Notes: generated by a model not told the origin, from the sequence alone. A stretch of DNA of 64,000 nucleotides from the human T2T-CHM13v2.0 reference genome, Homo sapiens (GCF_009914755.1 NC_060932.1); one strand, 5' to 3'. Positions 42,601-56,907 are shown, numbered from the stretch's first letter. Program-made: numbers and translations.

Positions 42601-43959
42601 TTAACAAATAATGTGGGGTAGGACTCTCTATCAGAGGCGCCACCATCAGCAGGGCAGGTTGAGGTCCCAGTGGCCTGACTCCCTGTAGGAACCACTGTTA
42701 GCCACGTTGGTTATCTTTCCTAATCTGCTTGAGAAGATAATTCAGGCTTGTTCCTTGTAACAGCAGGATATTTGATGTCGAAGTGAAAGAATCATGTGAT
42801 GTGATTTTAAAAGAAAAAGAAAAACAGTCGGTTTGGCGTTGTCCCCTCATTGTGGTGGGGGCTGCCTCCACAATGGCTGTATTCATCAGCGATGCTCAGT
42901 GCTGATGGAACGGGTGTCCTATGGCTTGTTCCCAGGAGCTGGGTACCGAACTTCTTCTCGGGAATGTAGATGGAGCGGACATTCCACGTCCATTGTTCAT
43001 TGTTAATAGGATAGACAGCTGACGATGGGCCTCAGGCCTGTTTCCCTATCCAGAGATTTAGTTTTTGAAACCTGAAGCAACTGAGCAGAACTTCTGCATA
43101 CAGTGAGAATGCAAGTCAGATACAGAATGGGCTGCGGGGTACTCCAGGATGGGGTCTGACAAGCTTGTGAGGCTTTAGGAGACCACACGGATATTCCATT
43201 TGTTTTCAACTAGGAGACATTGTAGAGCCAGGGCAACATTCCTTGTTTTGTTTTCTTTCAATTTGTTTATTTTTTGACAGTGCTTGCACTGACACTCAGG
43301 AGACAGATAAAAACAGCACGAGATATTAAACGTCAATAATAATGATTTTGGAGGTCTGCGCTTTGAGCCCACAGGAATCCTGGTTTGAATGAGGATCTGC
43401 CTCTTAGCAGCTGTGTGAACTTGGGCCATTAACCTCTAAGCTACCATTTCCTCATCTGTAAAATGGGAGCAGTCTCTGTGTTGCAAGGCTTGAGGTTTAC
43501 GTGAAATAACTTTTCAAATGCCAGAAAACAGGGAGCTAGATAAATGTTAGTCCTTCCCCTGTCTCTTTGGGTCATTTCTTGGCTTTTTGCCTTGTGATAA
43601 GATTTCATAAAAGTGATATCCAAGCAGATTTCAATTCTACATATTTAGATTTAACAGGTTTGGAAGGTATGTATATGAAGATACATACACAAACATATGT
43701 ACCATATGTAGATATATAGGTTTCTAATTCACATATGTTGATCCCAGATGGATAGATATCTTCCATACTTGTCAAATATTTATCTTATAATGCCCAAGCA
43801 ACATCATATTTATAATAGGTGGCCACTGAAAATATAATAGTAAAGTTGAAGAATGTGGCTTTATTGTCAGAGTGAATTTGAGTCCCAGCACAACTGCTTA
43901 TTAGCCGTGTGACTTCGGGCAAGTTAGAGAACCTCTCTGTGCTGTACTTTCTTCATGGT

Positions 43960-44326
43960 TGTAAGGGAGATGGCTGCACTCTAGTAGGGAGTAGGCCGAG
44001 GCGACTTTCTGACGGGGCGTGTCTCAGCAGGTTTGGAGTGCAGATGCACAAGTCCACACCTTACGTAACCACGCCACGTGAGGCGCATTAAGTAACCACT
44101 CAGATGCGCTCGTGCTTGGCTTGGAGCCACTGTTGTCTGTAAAAGGTACAATTACGCTGCTAACGCTGTACCTCTGGCTTGGGGCTCACGCCCAGACTCG
44201 CACCCAGGCTCGCTTGCGCCCAGAGAAAGAGTAAAGCCATGTTGAAACTCCCTGCGATTCCTCGAGTGTTTTTCCAGCTGCCCGCCACCCCACCGACTTT
44301 TTTCGGATCTCACTTAGAAACTAACT
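43960..44326 (+). mobile_element. LTR18A-like ERVL solo LTR inserted in a MIR
   Basis: tgtaagggagatggctgc...ggagtaggccgagg...gtaaccacgccacgtgaggcgcatta...gattcctcgagtgtttttccagct; 5-bp TSD ATGGT; MIR halves on both sides. Confidence 0.88.
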
Positions 44327-46700
44327 ATGGTAAATGGGGATAATAATAGTTCCTACCACGTAAGGTTCCTGGAGGAATTAAAGTTATTCATGCCAAGCAT
44401 CTAAAACAAGCCTGGCTGACAGCATGGACTTTGTAAATGCAAACTATTGATATTTGTTGAAGGCAAATCAGCAATAAACTTTCCAGAATATTTCAAACCC
44501 CTTTCCTGCTTGAGGAGTTTTCACCTTGTAAATGGCACTCTAAAGATCAATTTCTCATTGGTCACCTGCAGCTTGGATCTGAAGTTCCAGACATATATTT
44601 TACACCGGGCAGTCACACTGCGGAGTCCAGGTGGCCTGGCATGATGTCCCAACATCACACCTTGTTAACTGTCTCATTTGACGAGTGTGAAAATTCACAC
44701 CTCATGGGGTGTGAGACTCTCCCTGGGATACCTTTCTGTTGAGGTGCTGGCCATCATGCCTGGACCTCAGGTCCAAAATGGAAGCAAGTGCTGTCAGCTC
44801 TATGAAAGGCACTGCCTGGTGCATGAACAAGGCAGCACTGGTGCTGGGGGGACTTCCACTTTGGTTTTTTCTTCCTTCTAGTAGGTCTACATGTCCTTCT
44901 CTGTGTATTTACGTTCCTGTGTTTCCTCCTCTAAAACAAGGACATGAATGATCCATTTTTCTCAAAGGAGGAAGCATAGAAAATAAACGAGATGCTCTGA
45001 TCCTAGGAAGCGGTGTCACCTTGGCAGAAAGAATGCAGAAAACACCTACGTTGAGAAATGACTCAGGGATGTTCCTGCTGCAACAGAGCAGATTGCCCAG
45101 GAGGGAGGTCAGCTCTTTTGAATCAAGATTCTGATACCCTCAGCCAGAAGAACCAGAATGGAAAAACAGACGCCTGATCAAATGCCTTCTGTCCCAGTCC
45201 AATTCAAGGAAGTCTTAACTCTTATAATAGAAATGGAACATTCTAGGAACATCTTCCAGGTTGCAGCAAACTCTGGGGATGGAATGTGTGAAGGAGTTTG
45301 CTGAGGGATATGATTTGCAAATTGGTTGCTCTAAGTATTATATAGTAACCAGCATCTTCCAGAACACAGCCAGAAATACACTCACTTAAGTACATTCATA
45401 CTTGTCAGTCCTTGTGTCCTGATTTTCTACTTGAATAGCTTCAAGGCTGGACAATAAGAATAGATTGTTTCATGAGAGGCATGTGAATTAATTAAGAAAT
45501 ATGTTACAGGCAAATTAGACTCTGAATTATTTTTCCCTCTCTTTCTCTTTCTCTTTTTCTTCTTCTTTCTTCTCCTTATTTTTCCTCCCTTATCTTCCTT
45601 GAACAAACAAGTACTGAAAATCTATTGTATGTTAAGCACTACCCCAGTTGAAGTTGACTCCATGATTTATGAAGCATAGTCCCTGTTCCCAGGGAAATAA
45701 ACATGTAAATGACACATGACAATTGCATTATGATACAGTAAGCACTTTTGGGTACAAATAGCTGAGAGGAGAAAGGAATTTTTAAGGAGGAGTTGACATT
45801 TGTGCTGGTTCTCAAAGGGCGGTAGGAATTAGACAAGCAATTAAATAAAAGAGAGAGGGGAGGTAGAAGAAAGACATGCCAGGGAGAGACCACAGCCTGA
45901 TGCTTTGGGAGTCTGTGTACTTGCGTGCTTACTATGACCTATCAATGTGCTAACATGATTGCATCTAATCATGACATAATAGTCCACATAGTGTGGACTT
46001 GGGAGTCAGACCTACTCTGTTCAATTGCTGTTTTGCCCTTTGCTGGTTGTACCACCTTGGGCAAGCTGATTCACGTCTCTGAGCCTTAGTTGTCTCATCT
46101 TTAAAGTGGAGATGCACCTGTGCATGGGGTGGTGTGCGGTGTAGATGCATTCGTGTTTGGGATGTAGTAGCACGGTGCTGGATTACGGTAAGCACTCAGG
46201 TGGTGGCACGTAGGAGGTGGGATGCTGGGTGACATAGGATGTAAGGGTCATTTGTAAACTCTGAAAGTATTATCAAAATGCAATGGGAGTGGCATTTGGA
46301 CTGTTTAATATTTCCAGTGCAGTTCCTCAGAAGCCTTGGCTGGCTGCACTCTGCTCAGTAAACATTTGACAATGGTTGCTTAGTATCTGGGCTGTGAGCC
46401 AGGAGGGGCGCCCGGGAAGAGCCAGGGAGCAGAGGGCAGAGGGCTAACTGTACACTGATCTACAGAGAACTGCTGTTTGAGCTGGCATGAAATGAGATTA
46501 AATACCAGGGCCAAGATTAGAACCAGGTAGTTTTGCCTGGGCTTGTTAAGCAGGAGCAAAATGGAGGCAGGTGAAGGGTGTGCTGGAGAGAGCCTCAGAC
46601 ACACCTGATTCTCCTCGGTTTAGGCTGTTACCATTGCCACTGTTGGTTAATGGCACCTTGCGCCAATATTGGTGATTCTGATTAAGCTTGCCTTGTATAG

Positions 46701-46881
46701 TTTTTTTTTCAAAATTCCTGAAAAATATTTTAAACATCTTTACTGAGGTATAATTGCTGTAAAATATATTGTATATTTAATTATACAATTTGGTGAATTT
46801 GGACATAGGCATACACTCATAATATCATCACCACCATCAAGGTAATAAGTATTTCATCAGCTATGAACGTTTCCTGTGTCC

Positions 46882-46934
<53 letters not shown>

Positions 46935-47470
46935 TTAAGAACATTTAACTTGACATCAACCCATTAAACAAATAATACTTTATATTTAAAAATTTTTGTA
47001 GCAAGAGGGACTCACTATGTTGCCCAGGCTGGTCTTGAACTCCTGGGGTCAAGCAATCCTCCCGCCTCATGTGATCCTTCAGTCTTGGCCTCCATAAGTA
47101 TTAGGATTACAGGCATGAGCCACTGCACTTGACCTTAACAATTGACCTTAACAATTTTTTAAGTGTGTAATAAAGTATAGGGTACAGTTTGCTGTACTCC
47201 AGATCTCTAGAACGAATTCATCTTGCGTAACCAAAACTTTGTACCAGTTGAACAGTGCTTCATTTCCCCTCCCTCTGGTCCCTGGTAAGTACAGTTCTAT
47301 TCTTTACTTCTATGAGTTTGACTATTTTAGGTACCTCATGTAAGTAGAATCATGCAGTATTTATTTTTCTCCCTTATTTCACTTAGCATAATGTTCCCCA
47401 GGTTTGTTCAAGTTGTCACAAATGGCAGAATTTCCTTCTTTTTTGAGGCTGAATAATATTCCATTGTAAA
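46701..47470 (-). mobile_element. 5'-truncated L1MA-like element with nested (TG)n and an Alu monomer (~46990-47133)
   Basis: 14-bp TSD cttgccttgtatag at 46687-46700 and 47471-47484; ends gaggctgaataatattccattgt. Confidence 0.88.
46884..46932. repeat. (TG)~24 microsatellite
   Basis: Uninterrupted dinucleotide run. Confidence 0.97.
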
Positions 47471-48216
47471 CTTGCCTTGTATAGATCTTAAGAATACTAC
47501 AGATTTAAGGAAACTGAGTCCAGTTTGGGGAAGGTTCTTCTTTGAGGTCACATAAGTTCTGCCTCCTCTCTCACAGACATCTACCTTTGAACCAGGCACG
47601 AGGCTGTTTTTTCCTCCGTATCTTTTCCAAGGCTGTTTTCCCATCTGAAAGATGGTAATAATAGTACCCACCTCGTATGGGTTGTTAGGAGAATATGTAT
47701 CAAGAGCGCTTGGCAGGATATTCAACACGTGGTGAGTGCTGAGTGTTATTTTTATTCCTTTCTTCCATCTTGACCTGATTCCTGCTGAGTGTTGAGTGAG
47801 CCCTTTGCATGGTGCTTTGTGTAGTGCCTTTAAAATTGGAAGTTTACTATAGGAAGCTCAAAATGACTGTTTACAAAAGCTTGTCCTAAATTAGAAATCA
47901 CTTTGTACTCATAGAAAAAGAGTAGCAGGGGCTAAAGTTCTAAGAGAGATGTATAGGAGGAAAACTCAAAATTGAGAATGACAGCAAAATATAGAGCACT
48001 TCATATGTGCCGGGCATGGGTCCAGACCGTTTACAAATAGCAACTCATTTAATTCTCCCAACAACCCTATGGGGTAGGTATTATTACCTCCTATTTTGCA
48101 GATGAGAAAAACCAAGACACACAAGTATGATGAGATAGGGATTCAAACCCATGCAGTCTGGATTCAGAAACTCTACTATTGACTTCTCATTAATGGGTTT
48201 TTGGGGTTATTGTCTA

Positions 48217-48625
<409 letters not shown>

Positions 48626-49620
48626 AAAGCTCAGTTCAACTCTTAGAATGATAGTCTTTTACAGAAACACTAGATGAGACCTGAGACTTGTCCGGTGACC
48701 AGAGAAGCCAAGAACCCCTTGCATAGCTGTAGGATCAATAAATATTCTCGATGATGAGAAAATAGAAAGTAAAATGAAAAATGAAGTCACCGCTATTTGC
48801 AAGGCAAAACAGACAGCCATCTCCCAGTGAGCAAAGTGTGTATGTAGGAGAGGCACTATTGTCAAATTCTGCTCCCAATATTCCTTCTGATGCTAATAGA
48901 ATCATGTTTTCTGCCTCTCATTTGTAAAATGGGACTAATACCTGCCCACCCTGAAGAATCTCAGGAAGATTAAATAAGACAATGTCACAGCGCTGGACAG
49001 GGAGGTTTCATTATGATGACTCAGGGCTGGCAGGGGAGGAAGTGGCCCTTCTGCCCTTCAAAGGCTGTTAGGAAGCTTCTTCCTTCTCCTTCCCTCCTCA
49101 TTTCACACCCAATCTTCCAGTTCTCCCTTTCCTAAAGTATCTTTCCCTTCAAGTAGAGGAGGGATCATAGCTAAAAGACTACAGTGTACGAGGGGGCTGA
49201 ATTTTAGCAGACACATTTTGAAGACTGAAAAGACACGAAGCCAGTGGGATGGCCAAGGTTTCCAATATGCTTTCTTCTGATGGGTGCCTGCTTTCCAGCT
49301 GGATAAATTGCCAAATATATTTATAGGTAAAATATCACTTCTCCCTGCTTGACAGAATCTATGCAAATGGATTGCTGAGTTGTTTGATTCCCAAGGGGCC
49401 CATCAGTGGGAGGCAGGGGGAGGAAAAAGGGGGAATGCTGCAAGTGGATTCCTCCCTGCAACTTCCTGAGTCCTCGGAGGACCAAAGAAACTTGAGATTG
49501 ACAGCACAGAGCCATTGATTCCATTGGCAACAGTGGAGAATGTTTCTACTTAAGCAAATAAGCTGAAGCCTCCCCTTTCTGAAACCATTCCTGATCCTCT
49601 TGGGAAGAATCGAATTCTTC

Positions 49621-49935
49621 CAGTGGTGTGCTGAAGCTAAACTGTTTGATTGCCCAGGACATAGGGGTTCCCTGGAATGTGGGTCTTTAAGTGCTAAAAC
49701 TGGGACAGTTCCAGGTAAACCAGGATGGTTGGCCCTGCTAGCTGGAGCTGACTTTGCAAGCTGGCAAGAACAAATTGTGTGATCTCCTCCCAACTCTGCT
49801 TGGCGAGATCATGCTGGTAACCTGAAATCAGTCACAGTGAAAGTATTTACACCACGGAAATTGGCAAGCACCACAAATTAGGCTTTTGTTTTCTCCTGGA
49901 GAGCTGGTGGTGAGACATATTCTAGCACACCACTG
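49621..49935 (+). mobile_element. MER63A with nested MER81-like insert (~49635-49738)
   Basis: TIRs cagtggtgtgct / agcacaccactg; insert gtgctaaaactgggacagttccaggtaaaccaggatggttggccctg. Confidence 0.75.
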
Positions 49936-51028
49936 ACTCTTTTGTTCTACCCTCCACTCTAGAGTCTTCTATCAGATCTTTTAACAGATACATTATCATA
50001 CTTTTTTATTAGTCTATTTCCTTCCCTAGACTGTAAGACTTTTGGAGGCTAGGTTATGTCATGTTCACTCTCATATCCCCAGCACCTAGCACAATGCTTG
50101 ACACATTGTAGGTACTTGGTAAATGTTATCTTCTTTTCCATGGGAGGAAGAATCTTCTTCCTTTGTATGTTACAGAATACACTGAATGCCTTTTCTTTGC
50201 GTCCTGGTCTTGCTCCCAGTTTGTATTAATGTCAGAGTCAGTGGCAGTAGTAGGGACAGAAGAATGGAACAGGAAACTTATCTGGATAGAAATCTTGAGC
50301 TGAGAATAGTGTCAAGCTTTCCAAAATGATGAAGCAGAGAGAATGAAAAGAGGAACAGTAAATTTAACCAAGGTGTCTGGGAGGGCTCAATCAGACCTCA
50401 GTTGGAGAAATAACAGGAATCACAAATGAAAGTGAAGTCCTAAGACCTTCGGGTGTGAAACAGTTTGAGCTAAATAGAGTTTGGGGCTCTTAGAATTTAA
50501 TACCAAATGGAGAAAATAATGGACTCTGAGGAAAGTGACCTTGCCAAGATATAGATTAGTAGCCTTTCAACCCGGATTGCACTCAAAATCATTTGGGATC
50601 CCAGTCTGATCCTATGAAATCAGAATCTCTGAGGTACAGGGATATATCAGGTATAAATATTTCTAAAACTCCCCAGACAATTCTAACAAGCAGCCAGGGT
50701 TGAGAACCGTTAGTCTGAGAAAAATTAGAAACTTCCGCTGTTGATATCCCGGTAAAGGAGGAAGACAACTTAGAAATGTGCTGAAGGTTTACACAAGAAA
50801 GAAATCCTTGACCTTATCCAAGATGCTAAAGATAAAGGGAAGAGGTTTAGCATGAAATCTTAAAGTGAAAATTGAACCCAGGTTTTTCCAAATGGGTGAC
50901 ATGGAACACTGAAAGCATTAAAGCCATTGGACCTCCAGCTAGGAAAGGAACTCCTTTTAAAATTCTCTCCCAACTCTTCTGATTAAGTCTTTGCTTAGTG
51001 ATAGTGGATCTTTCACACTCGTCTAATC

Positions 51029-51220
51029 CAGGGGTTGGCAAACTGCAGACTGAGGACCATATCTGGCCCATTACTTATTTTTGTAAATAAAGTTTTATTG
51101 GAACACAGCCAACCCATTCATTTACATTTGGCCTATGGCTTCTTTCACGCTACAATGGCAGAGTAGTTACCTACTTGCACCAGAGGTTCTGTGGCCCACA
51201 AAGCCTCATTATTTACTTTG
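51029..51220. mobile_element. MER58A hAT MITE
   Basis: caggggttggcaaact...tttgtaaataaagttttattggaacacagcc. Confidence 0.85.
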
Positions 51221-52899
51221 TGGACTCCCACTGTATCCCATGTGGACCATGTAAACAGGTCCTTTTTTAGTCAGAGGATAGGACCTTACCCTTCAGCTGG
51301 CAACATCAAATTTAGTTAGAATTTAATACATTCTTTTTGCTTTCATTTAGTTATCTATATTTATGTCAACTGACATTAATTTTCCATTTATGGTATCAGT
51401 ATAAAATTTCCTTTTAAGATTAATTTATATTAAAAAGTGCGTATTTAAAAATAATTAATAGAATAATTAGTAGAAGAGGTAACCCATATATTTGGCAACA
51501 ATCATGAAGGTTGTACTTAAATCTGAAGTTTGGGAGACATTGAATGTATCCAATCCCATCATTTACAAATAAAGAAACTGAAGCCTGGTTGTTAAGTCAC
51601 CTGCTCAGGGTCACCTTATGGAAACATCCATCTCCTATCTCTCTCAGAACAATGTTCTTTTACCTCTAACCGGTTACTCATTTGCACTTTGAAGCCAGTT
51701 AGTATGAATGCAAATTATTGTACTTTTAACATTCATGAATTCAGAGCCAGAAAATATCTTGGTGACATTTCCACAGACATGGTTAGTAGAGATTGATGAG
51801 CAATTTGAAACAAAATAGAGGGGCCATTCACATCTGAAGCATGAATCTTGGGTGATTAGTGACATATTGGTTTCATTAAGTCGTAAAACTACCCAACAGA
51901 AAAAAATATATTTGGCAGTATACCCTGTTGGGTATATTTAAGCACAGTTTGAATACGAATATTTGGTATTTCATCATGTAGTTATTGCTGTTTTCATTAG
52001 GATTCTCCAGGATCTCACACCGACTAAAAGCAAGCCAATTCCTTCATGCCTAGAACCTCTTCCCACATTAGAAGTTTATTAATCTGCAGGGGTTGATCAG
52101 AGAGCTGTTGGGAAAGTGTGTTAGGAAACTTGAGCTCTGCCCACCTTAGTAGGGTGCTGGAATGTTACAGAGTTGTTCATTGCTGTTGATACCTCCTTTC
52201 CAAGATGCAGTATTACAGTGACTTACATGATGACTAAGTGTTTGGCTATCACTCTAAAGGGGCAGAAATATTTGTATCATTTAACAACTAAAACTAAAAC
52301 TAGAAAAACATCCATTTGGATCACAGCTCAACATGATTTGCTTGCATATGTTGACTGTATGTTCTGAAAAATGAGTTCAGTTCTTTAGATTAAAACATGA
52401 CCTTTCTATTACATTTGGGATTGCTTCCATGTTGGCATATCAGCACCTTTTAATGAAGATTGGTATAGTTAGGTCATTTTCCAGAAAGACAAGCTTCCTT
52501 AGGCTATGCCATCTGGGTTACACGTGTTGATGTGATATTTACTTATCAAAGGTGACTGCAGGGCTGGGTAGGAGTTAGGAGACCTGACTTGAAGGCCCTT
52601 CAATATGTTGTGCCTTAAACTGGTGGGCACCATTGTACCTGAAGGTACTGATGGTATCCTCAGGAGTGTAAACAATGTGGGCATCCTGCCATGCACTGAG
52701 CTGTGGTATAGGGAGTCCAAGTGGGGTAGCCTTTTTGGGGGCTACACCCAAACAGAGGAGAGGTGAGCCAATCAGCTCCTGAAGGTTCCAGCCTGTGTCT
52801 TTCCAGGGGAGCACTGCTCATCTAGGCAGGAAATCCAGCAGCCCAGCAGCCTTTTTACTGAGGGTTTCTGCAGTGAAACCCTTCTCACTCTGGTATAAG

Positions 52900-53450
52900 A
52901 ACTACTATTTGATCCAGCAATCTCACTACTGGGTATCTACCTAGAGGAAAAGGAGTCATTATATGAAAAAGATACTTGCACATGCATATTAATAGCAGCA
53001 CAATTTGCGATTGTAAAAGTGTGGAACCAACCCAAATGCCCATCAATCAATGAGTGGATAAAGAAGCTGTGGTATATATATACAATAGACTACTACTCAT
53101 CCATAAAAAGGAATGAATTAATGGCATTTGCAGCAACCTGGATGGGATCGGAGAATACTATTCTAAGTGAAGTAACTCAGGAACAGAAAACCAAACATCA
53201 TATGTTCTCACTCATAAGTGGGAGCTAAGCTATGAGGACGGAAAGGCATAAGAATGATACAATGGATTTTTGGGACCTGGGGAAAAGGGTGGGAGAGGGT
53301 AAGGAATAAAAAACTACAAATAGGGTTCAGTGTATACTGCTCGGGTGATGGGTGCACCAAAATCTCACAAATGACCACTGAAGAACTTACTCATGTAACC
53401 AAATACCACCTGTTCCCCCAAAACCTACAGAAATAAAGAATTTTTAAAAA
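52900..53450 (+). mobile_element. L1 3' end (L1MA/L1PB-like)
   Basis: Translates to WNQPKCPSINEWIKKLWYIYT; 3'UTR gaacttactcatgtaaccaaataccacctgttcccc. Confidence 0.92.
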
Positions 53451-53697
53451 AGAAGAAGTTGTTACTCATGGGCTAACAGTTTTGAGAAAAACTGCTGCCT
53501 CTTGGCTGCTGCTGTCATCAACAGGAGGATAAGGGTCAATCTTCAAGAGAAGCTGACTTTTCTCTGTTATAAGAGAAGAAATCAGTGTAGGGACATGCCT
53601 GGGCCAGAAGGGCAGGAATGGTGATTTCTGGTGGAGATCCAGTGACATAAAGACATTCTGAGGACATCTGCCCTGGAGCCTTGTTTTCCCATTTAAG

Positions 53698-53928
53698 CAG
53701 TGGTTCTCAATAAACCAGGAGCGATTTTTGTCTCCCAGGAGACAATTGGCAATGTCTGGAGACATTTTCAGTTGGCACGAGTAGGGGAGTATTACTGGAA
53801 TATCTAGTGATAGAGGCCAGGATTCTGCTAAACATCCTTCAGTAATGCACAGAACAGACAGCCCCCCTCCCCCCGCCCACACACACACAAATAATTACCT
53901 GGGCCCAAATGTCAGCAGTGCCAAGGAC
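53698..53928. mobile_element. MER20
   Basis: cagtggttctcaa...ggcaatgtctggagacatttt...aatgtcagcagtgccaagg. Confidence 0.85.
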
Positions 53929-56524
53929 GAATGTGCCAAGGGTCCACAACCCTGGCTGAATGGTTGTAACGATTCTGTCAACGGGTCTCTTTAAAAAGTG
54001 TGGAGAAGGCCAAGCCTCTGGTGGTAAACGGCACACAGGTGCTGACTAAAGCAAGGCCTCCAGTCACCAAGGGCAAATTGCTGTGGTAACTTAAAAGGGA
54101 AGAATAGAAATGGACCATGATGTCTTACATTCTTTAATTTTTTTGCAAAGAAACCCAGATGACAAATCTGAAAGATGAGTGCTGAGATAAGGTAACTAGG
54201 AGGAAGGTGTGAGCTGAGATCAGTTCAAAGTGAGAAACCTGTTGTCACCTCCTGCTTCTTTGTCTGCATCAAGATTGTTGTGAACATCCCAGCCTATACC
54301 GGCAGGGCAACGTGCCCAAGTGACATCTCTCTGTTGACTCATTCTTAGGGGCCCTTGAGTGCTGTGTTGGGCTGGAGAACTTGGAGTTTCTAGTAGAGGC
54401 AGAATAACATTCATTATGTGGAAACAAGATTTTGTGTCCTGGGGAAAATGACTGTCTGCTTTGAGGTTGTCCACAGATTGTTTGGGGAATTGGAGACCTC
54501 TGAAGAGTGCTAAACTTCCAGATATCCAATTACCACTGTATTGCATCAACAAAAGAGAACTTGGAGGATAAAGTGGTTGTGTGGAGATGATGGATATTTC
54601 TCAACCGTGAAAGGAACCATGCTTTCAGGAGTTATGAAAAATGAAGCACGTTTCTCATTAGAAAAGAATGATCCATTTCCTTCTTATATTGCCAAAGGTC
54701 GTCTTTTGCCAATTCAATGAGAGTATGAACATGGGATTCATTACTTGCAGGAAAAAAGGTAGCAAGTGTACTCTGGAATCCTCAAGAGTCAATGATAAGT
54801 GGGCAGATGGAATTGAAAAGTGAGAATATTGGGGGCTGAGCGGGGCCTTCATGGCATCAAATGTGCTGTGTAGCAGGATGCAGTCAACAGTATGTGGACA
54901 AGTTCTGATTTGCTGAAAAGGAAACAAGGTAAAATAGCTAAATTTGCTTTGAGCAAATTTCTGTCTCAATCAGTATCAAAACAATGAATGTTATTCTTTC
55001 CCTTGGTAGAAGAGTTTATGCATTGGATCCAAAAAAATTAATTCTTTTAGTTAATTAATTAATTTTTAGTCTATTATTTCTTTAAAATTATCTTTAACAT
55101 TTTATCTTCCTTTTCATTCCTACTACAACCATCCAAGTCCCCATTATTTGGAAAGAGAATTATTTTCTCCCTTTCTATCTGATTTTCAAGTTTGCATCCT
55201 CCTTCTATTTCAGTCCATCTAGTAGTATTAGTATCAGTAGTGGTAGTAGTAATAGCAGTAGTATATTAATAAATATAATAGTTATAAGAAAGCGGTGATG
55301 ATAAAGATAAGGCCAACCTTACTTACTATGATTATTCACAGGGTAGGTCCATGACCCAAGCCAACTGGAATTCTTCCCTGACATCTTACAGATACTTAGA
55401 GAAAGAAGAGATTTTCCTTGAGGCTGCTAATCTGGAGCTATGTGAGGCCATGGAGTTCTCTTGGTGCCTGAACTATCTATGGCCATGCCTCCCTCTCACC
55501 AGCCCCTTTTGCTTCCCATACGAGGAAAACAAAAAGCTTATTTTCAGTAGGAGAGAAAGAGGCCAACACATAGAAAGAAGAGAGAGAGAACTGAGAAGAT
55601 GATTTGTTCAGCCTCAGGGATGAATTATGATTCAAGGCTCTCCTCTTCCTCTTTGCCAGTCTTGGGTTGGGCTTTTGACCAGTTCTGGCCAGTGAGATAG
55701 AAAGGGATGTCTGCTGCTTGGAGCTTTGCAGAAAGATTTTCCTCCCTGATAGGGGAGATGTACATAAGGAAGAAGGTACTTTTTCCCTCTATCTGCTTCC
55801 TTCTTGCTTGTGACTATCTTGAGAGATCATTAACTTGAACACATGACAGTTATCTTGCACCTAGGTGGGGAGACATTGCTAATACATCCAGAGTATGTCT
55901 GACAGAAAGGCAGACATAGCTTGGGTCCCTAATGATGTACTGAACTGCTGAACCAACACTGGAATCAGCTTAATTCAGAGCTCCTGTTAGAATTGACAAT
56001 TAAATGTCTTTGTTATTTAAGCCAAAGTGAGTCCTGTGGTGTGCTACTTTCGATCAAACACATACTAATTGTCCAACAAACAAACAAAAACAACTGTGAA
56101 CTCATACTTCGCAAAGATATCTCAAACTCTATAGATCCCCAAACCAAATTCAATCTGTCACTGCCTTACATCCCTGGGATGTGCCACCATCCACCTGTGC
56201 ACACAAACTAGACAAGACACCTGGAGTCACTCTGTCGTCTTCCTTTCCCTCACCTCCCACATCCACTTAGCAAGTTATGTTCGTTTGACTCAGATCTACC
56301 TTCTCCCCAATTCCATTGTTGCTATTTTAGCCGATGAGGGTGGAGGGTGGCAGAGGGTCTTCATTTCTCTCCAGGGCCACTGCTTCCGAAGTGCTTGACT
56401 TGCCTCTAGTCATGTTTCTCTCCAAGCCCTTCTCCACTAGCTTCCAGCATGGTCTAGCTAAAAGCAGCACTCAAGTTGTTACTCCCTTGTCTGATTCTGA
56501 CTTGGGCTTCCCTATGCCTAAGGC

Positions 56525-56705
56525 AGCAGTTCTCAAAGTGTAGTTCCTAGACCAGCAGTACCAACATCACCAGGGAACTCAGAAATGCAGACTCTCGGGC
56601 TCCACCTTAGATTTACTGAATCAACATTCTGGGGGTTGGACCCAACTCTCCATTTAAGAAAGCCTTCCAAGGAACTCTAATGTGCTGAAGTTTAAAATCA
56701 CTGCT
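56525..56705. mobile_element. MER5A
   Basis: cagcagttctcaaagtgtagttcctagaccagcag...tactgaatca. Confidence 0.8.
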
Positions 56706-56737
56706 GGCCTAAGGAAATAAAATCTAATTTCCTTAGT

Positions 56738-56907
56738 GTCGTAGGTTGAACAGTATCACCCCCACCCCCTCACCCAACTCATGTCTACTCACAGCCGCAG
56801 AATTCACCTTATTTGGAAAGAGAGTCTTTGTAGATGTAATTAGTTAAGGATCTCAAAATGAAATCATCCTGGATTTAGAGTATTTCCTAAATCCAATTAT
56901 TGCTGTC
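56738..56907 (+). mobile_element. MLT1 LTR 5' fragment
   Basis: ccttatttggaaagagagtctttgtagatgtaattagttaaggatctc...ctaaatccaat. Confidence 0.8.

Noticed and set aside
52560-52895. GC-richer stretch that may be an LTR or other repeat
   Set aside because: I could not assign a family with any confidence; needs a Dfam search.
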